30,818 bases of DNA from an uncultured delta proteobacterium. Its GTDB lineage: Bacteria; Desulfobacterota; Binatia; UBA9968. Numbering within the stretch: position 1 is the first letter of the stretch; each line of letters begins with the position of its first letter. A program made the translations under genes and the position numbers. Location of the stretch: NCBI GenBank assembly GCA_963840855.1, contig CAWJBB010000063.1, positions 1-30,818 of the forward strand, given 5' to 3'. Positions 27,311 to 30,818 of the stretch are shown here, one piece after another. The notes under the pieces were generated by a model. The model saw only the letters and a list, made by a program, of their open reading frames with translations. It did not search any database and was not told where the DNA came from.

Positions 27311-28548
27311 GTGTCGCAGTTGCAACAGCCAAATCAGATCAATCAGGCGTCTACGAGCGGGAAGACCTTTTGAACGGCTGCCAGGCCGTCGCGCAGGGCG
27401 TGCGTCTCGCCGACGTGGACGTGATCGCCGCCTATCCGATCCGTCCCTATACCGAGGTGATGGACGCCTTCTCGAAGCTGATCGCCGACGGGCAATTCGA
27501 CGCCGAGTATATCATCGCCGACAGCGAACACTCGCAGTTTGAGATCGTCAAGCACGCCAGTTCCGTGAACGCCCGCGCCTTCGGCGGATCGAGCGGCACG
27601 GGTTGGATGTACGGCATGGAAGCGCTGGTGGTTACCGCCACCGACCGTCTCCCGCCTCTTTTCGTGGTGGGCAACCGCGCTCTGGACGATCCGGGCGCCT
27701 TCGGCGTCGAGCACAACGACGCAATGTCCGTCCGGGACATGGGCTGGCTTCTCTGCTGGGTCACGACGCCGCAGGAAGCGCTGGAGCACGTGCTGATCGG
27801 CTACCGCATCGCCGAGGACAAGAAAGTCAGGATGCCGATGGGATTGGCGATGGACGGCGCCTTTCTCACCCACTCGCAGCACATTGTGAAGATCCCGTCC
27901 GTAGAAGCCGCCAAGAGATTTCTCCCGCAGTATGACCTTGCCGAGCGCCGCCTCCATCCCGACAACCCCATCTCCGTCGCGCCGCAAGCCAATGAGGATT
28001 GGGTCATGGAGATCCGCCGGCAGAACTGGGAAGCCGCCAAGCGGGCGCGCGTAATCATCAAAGATGCCTATAAAGAATTCAATGACATCTTCGGCGAGCG
28101 CTACGCCGCGCCTTATTACTTCGACGAATTCATGACCGACGACGCGGAAGTGGTCCTGATCGGCATCGGCACGGTGGCGGCTCCGGCGCGCACCGCGGTC
28201 AGACGCTTGCGCGAGAAGGGTCAGAAGGTCGGCTACGTGAACCTGCGCTGGTTCCGCCCCTTCCCGACGGTGGAGCTGCGCGAGTGCTTGAGCCGCTTTA
28301 AAGCGGTCGGCGTCGTCGACAGGGACTTCGCCCACGGCTCGCCCGATAATTGCGGCATCTTGATGCACGAGATCCGCTCGTGTCTCTATCCGGCGAAGAA
28401 CCGGCCGGCAATCGTCAATTTCATTGGCGGCCTGGGCGGGCGCGATCTGTCCATCGCCGATGCCCAGAAGATGTACGAAACCACTCAACAGGCGGCCAAG
28501 AATGATTCCATGGATGAATTCATAACCTGGATCGGCCTAAGAGAGTAA
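27307..28548 (+). CDS. 2-oxoacid:ferredoxin oxidoreductase alpha subunit (PorA-like), oxalate-oxidoreductase type
   Basis: GCQAVAQGVRLADVDVIAAYPIRPYT (YPIRP rather than YPITP), SEHS, NRALDDPGAFGVEHND, LRWFRPFP and GGLGGRD. Confidence 0.9.
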   Translation: MSVAVATAKSDQSGVYEREDLLNGCQAVAQGVRLADVDVIAAYPIRPYTEVMDAFSKLIADGQFDAEYIIADSEHSQFEIVKHASSVNARAFGGSSGTGWMYGMEALVVTATDRLPPLFVVGNRALDDPGAFGVEHNDAMSVRDMGWLLCWVTTPQEALEHVLIGYRIAEDKKVRMPMGLAMDGAFLTHSQHIVKIPSVEAAKRFLPQYDLAERRLHPDNPISVAPQANEDWVMEIRRQNWEAAKRARVIIKDAYKEFNDIFGERYAAPYYFDEFMTDDAEVVLIGIGTVAAPARTAVRRLREKGQKVGYVNLRWFRPFPTVELRECLSRFKAVGVVDRDFAHGSPDNCGILMHEIRSCLYPAKNRPAIVNFIGGLGGRDLSIADAQKMYETTQQAAKNDSMDEFITWIGLRE

Positions 28549-28563
28549 ACAGGAGGAACAATC

Positions 28564-29559
28564 ATGTCGACTGTACCGACCATCGATTACGAAAGAATCA
28601 AAGGGGTTCACAAAATCCCGCTGGAAGAACTCTATACCTCCGGCCACCGCACCTGCCAGGGCTGCGAGTCGGCAACGACGATGCGCGGCTTTATCAAGGC
28701 GGCGGGTTCGCGCACCGTTGTGACGGGATCCACAGGCTGTATGTATGTGGCCAACACCTCTTACATGACCACGCCCTGGATCGTGCCGTGGATGCACACC
28801 CAGCTCGGCGCCGGCGGCTCCTCAGCCGTGGGCATGGCCGCGGGCCTGCGGGCGCTCAAGCGCAAAGGCAAGATCAAAGACGAGAAGATCAACGTCATCA
28901 ATTTCTCCGGCGATCTCGGCGCCGGCGACATGGGCATCGGTGGCATTTCCGCCGCGCTGCAGAGCGATTACGACTTGCTGATTATCATGTACGACAACGA
29001 ATCGGCCGCCAATACCGATATCCAAGCAACAGGCTCGACGACTTTCGGCGCGCAGACGACGTTCACGCCGCCGGGGACGAAGCATTCCATCATGCAGCGG
29101 CGCTGGAAAAAGAACGTTGCCGGCATGCTGGCGGTCGGCCATCCGACCTGCCGCTATGTCGCCACCGCCTGCGCGACTTTTCCGCCGACGGATTATTTGA
29201 ACAAGGTGCGCAAGGCGCTCGAGATCGGCGGTCCGACTTTCATCCATACCTACGATCCCTGTCCGAAGGGATGGGACTATCACCCCCGTTTTTCCAACGA
29301 GCTAGGCGAGTTGGGAATCAAGTGCGGCCTCTACCCGCTCTACGAGATCGTGGACGGCAACATCATTTACACCTGGGACGCGCGCAAGACGGGCAAGGGA
29401 AGAATCCCGGTAAAGGAGTTTCTCACCAAACAGGGCCGCTTCGACCATCTCAAAGAAGAGCACTTCACCTACATTCAGAAGATGGTGGACGAGATGTGGG
29501 ACGAGTGGCAGATGCCGGGCGTCGCGCCGATCAAGGGTACCTTGAGGGCCAGAATTTGA
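28564..29559 (+). CDS. 2-oxoacid:ferredoxin oxidoreductase beta subunit (PorB-like, ThDP and 4Fe-4S binding), oxalate-oxidoreductase type
   Basis: GHRTCQGC, TGCMYVANTSY, ThDP motif GDLG..YDNESAANT, TTFTPPG and PCPKGW. RBS AGGAGG. Confidence 0.9.
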   Translation: MSTVPTIDYERIKGVHKIPLEELYTSGHRTCQGCESATTMRGFIKAAGSRTVVTGSTGCMYVANTSYMTTPWIVPWMHTQLGAGGSSAVGMAAGLRALKRKGKIKDEKINVINFSGDLGAGDMGIGGISAALQSDYDLLIIMYDNESAANTDIQATGSTTFGAQTTFTPPGTKHSIMQRRWKKNVAGMLAVGHPTCRYVATACATFPPTDYLNKVRKALEIGGPTFIHTYDPCPKGWDYHPRFSNELGELGIKCGLYPLYEIVDGNIIYTWDARKTGKGRIPVKEFLTKQGRFDHLKEEHFTYIQKMVDEMWDEWQMPGVAPIKGTLRARI

Positions 29560-29589
29560 TGCTGGCAAGCTGACGATCAGGATAGCAAC

Positions 29590-29622
29590 AAAAAAGGCCT
29601 CAACGAGTTGGGGCCTTTTTTT
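29590..29622 (+). terminator. Rho-independent terminator (bidirectional form) closing the oxidoreductase operon
   Basis: AAAAAA-GGCCTCAA-CGAG-TTGGGGCC-TTTTTTT, 30 nt after the beta-subunit stop. Confidence 0.85.
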
Positions 29623-29726
29623 ATGGCGCTGCGTGAGCTTTCGTAGTATGAAAACAATCGTCCAGAATTTCTCGAGGATAACGATTTGACATTGCGTCTG
29701 ATGCATTAGACGTTCGTGGAAACAGT

Positions 29727-29774
29727 CGGAATGCCGAATTCGTCGTTCCCGCGGAAGCGGGAATCCAGGCATTC
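29727..29774. repeat. REP-like palindrome of the GTCATTCCCGCG-N-GCGGGAATCCAG type
   Basis: GTCGTTCCCGCGGAAGCGGGAATCCAG at 29742-29768, preceded by a partial counter-arm CGGAATGCCG. Confidence 0.6.
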
Positions 29775-29862
29775 TTAATTTTCTTGATTGATGATAGTAT
29801 CTGTTCTTGTTCGTACTCGTAAGCTTACGGTCATTTCGAATTCGGCAAATTGAGGAGTTTGT

Positions 29863-30818
29863 ATGAATTCACATTGGTCACGTCGTGAGTTTTTGAAATC
29901 CACCACTGCTGCCTTAGTGTTCGGCGCCGCGGAACAAGCCTTGGGCGCCGCTTCAACCACTCTGCAAAAACGCCGCCTGGGAAAGACCGGCGAGATGGTG
30001 TCGTGCATCGGCTTCGGCGCTGGCAGCCGATACTGCTCCATCCCGGACGAGGACGCGGCACAAGCGCTCCTCGAGCGCGCGTTTGATCGCGGCGTTAACT
30101 ACTTCGACACCGTCGGCCTCTTACACGCGGCGGCCGCTGGAGCGATTGAGCGAAAAACGCCTCGGGGAATTTTCCAAAAAGCGCCGCAAGGAAATCTTCC
30201 TGGCAACCAAGATCGATCCCAGAGACCGGGACGGCGCGCTTCGCTCGGTTGAAACGAGTCTCAAATTCCTGCAAACGGACTATATAGATTTGATTCAAAT
30301 CCACAGTCTGAGCAACCTCGACGACCTTGCGCGCATCGGCAGCCCGGACGGCGTTCTCGCCGCCATCCAACAATTGAAACAGCAAAAAGTCGTCCGCTTC
30401 ATCGGCATCACCGGCCATAACGACGGCGCGGCTATGGCCGAGGCGCTGCGCCGCCACGACTTCGATACCGTGTTAATGGCGCTCAACGCCGCCCAATCCG
30501 CCAATCCCGTCGCGCAGCGCAAGATGGAGCCGATCCCCGCCTTCGAGCAGTCTGCCTTGCCGGTGGCGCTACAGAAAAATCTCGGTGTCCTTTCCATGAA
30601 GGTCATGGGCCAGGGCATGATCGTCGGCAGCGGCCCCGGCCGCGCGTCTTATTCGGAGCTTTTACAGTTCAATCTCAGCCAGCCCGTCGCCTCTGTGGTC
30701 ATTGGCTGCGAGCAAATGGCGCGCCTGGAAGAGAACGTGCAAGCTGCGCTCAACTTCACCCCGATCAGCGAAAACGGCAAGCAGCAGCTTCAAGAAAAAG
30801 TCGCCCCTTCCCGCTCCG
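29863..30818 (+). CDS. Aldo/keto reductase with twin-arginine (Tat-like) leader; +1 frameshift about 30113; runs off window end
   Basis: SRREFLK leader, KRRLGKTG..VSCIGFG and GVNYFDT. Shifted frame continues ASY..SEKRLG..IFLATK..SLKFLQTDYIDLIQIH..VRFIGITGH..SMKVMGQG, giving the D-Y-K-H tetrad. Confidence 0.88.

Noticed and set aside
27343-28488. 381-aa antisense ORF over the alpha subunit, and similar long shadow ORFs (5267-6070, 6284-7087, 11547-12347, 14326-15192, 15942-16805, 21065-21874, 23263-24306)
   Set aside because: They lie fully opposite well-supported genes, have no motifs, and are expected from GC-rich codon bias.
26109-29559. Plain pyruvate:ferredoxin oxidoreductase (por) call
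   Set aside because: YPIRP instead of YPITP, absence of the gamma-subunit GxGGQG motif, the three-subunit delta-alpha-beta layout and the context all point to the OOR-like group.

Overview
Chromosomal, GC-rich bacterial window with no rRNA, tRNA or CRISPR array visible. Gene content and intergenic repeats resemble soil Candidatus Binatia/deltaproteobacterial genomes (inference only). The left two-thirds (1-18.5 kb) is a patchwork of stand-alone catabolic genes: an orphan ABC solute-binding protein, two Asp/Glu-racemase-superfamily proteins, an LtaS/sulfatase-family membrane protein, a gluconolactonase-family protein, three amidohydrolases, an isochorismatase-family protein, an HD-domain protein, viroplasmin-RNase HI, SelO, DUF72 and a bicupin. 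Gene relics and an internally deleted Y1 (RAYT-type) transposase element are mixed in. Four of these enzymes appear to lack their canonical catalytic residues. The right third (18.6-29.6 kb) is the most notable part: a divergently arranged putative oxalate/C2-acid utilisation locus. One arm carries frc plus a non-canonical ThDP enzyme. The other carries a tripartite tricarboxylate transporter preceded by a leader terminator, a FadR-type regulator with its operator, and a three-subunit oxalate-oxidoreductase-like (YPIRP) 2-oxoacid:ferredoxin oxidoreductase. Four genes carry single-base frameshifts that are probably read/assembly errors. All family assignments come from motif recognition by eye; no database searches were run.
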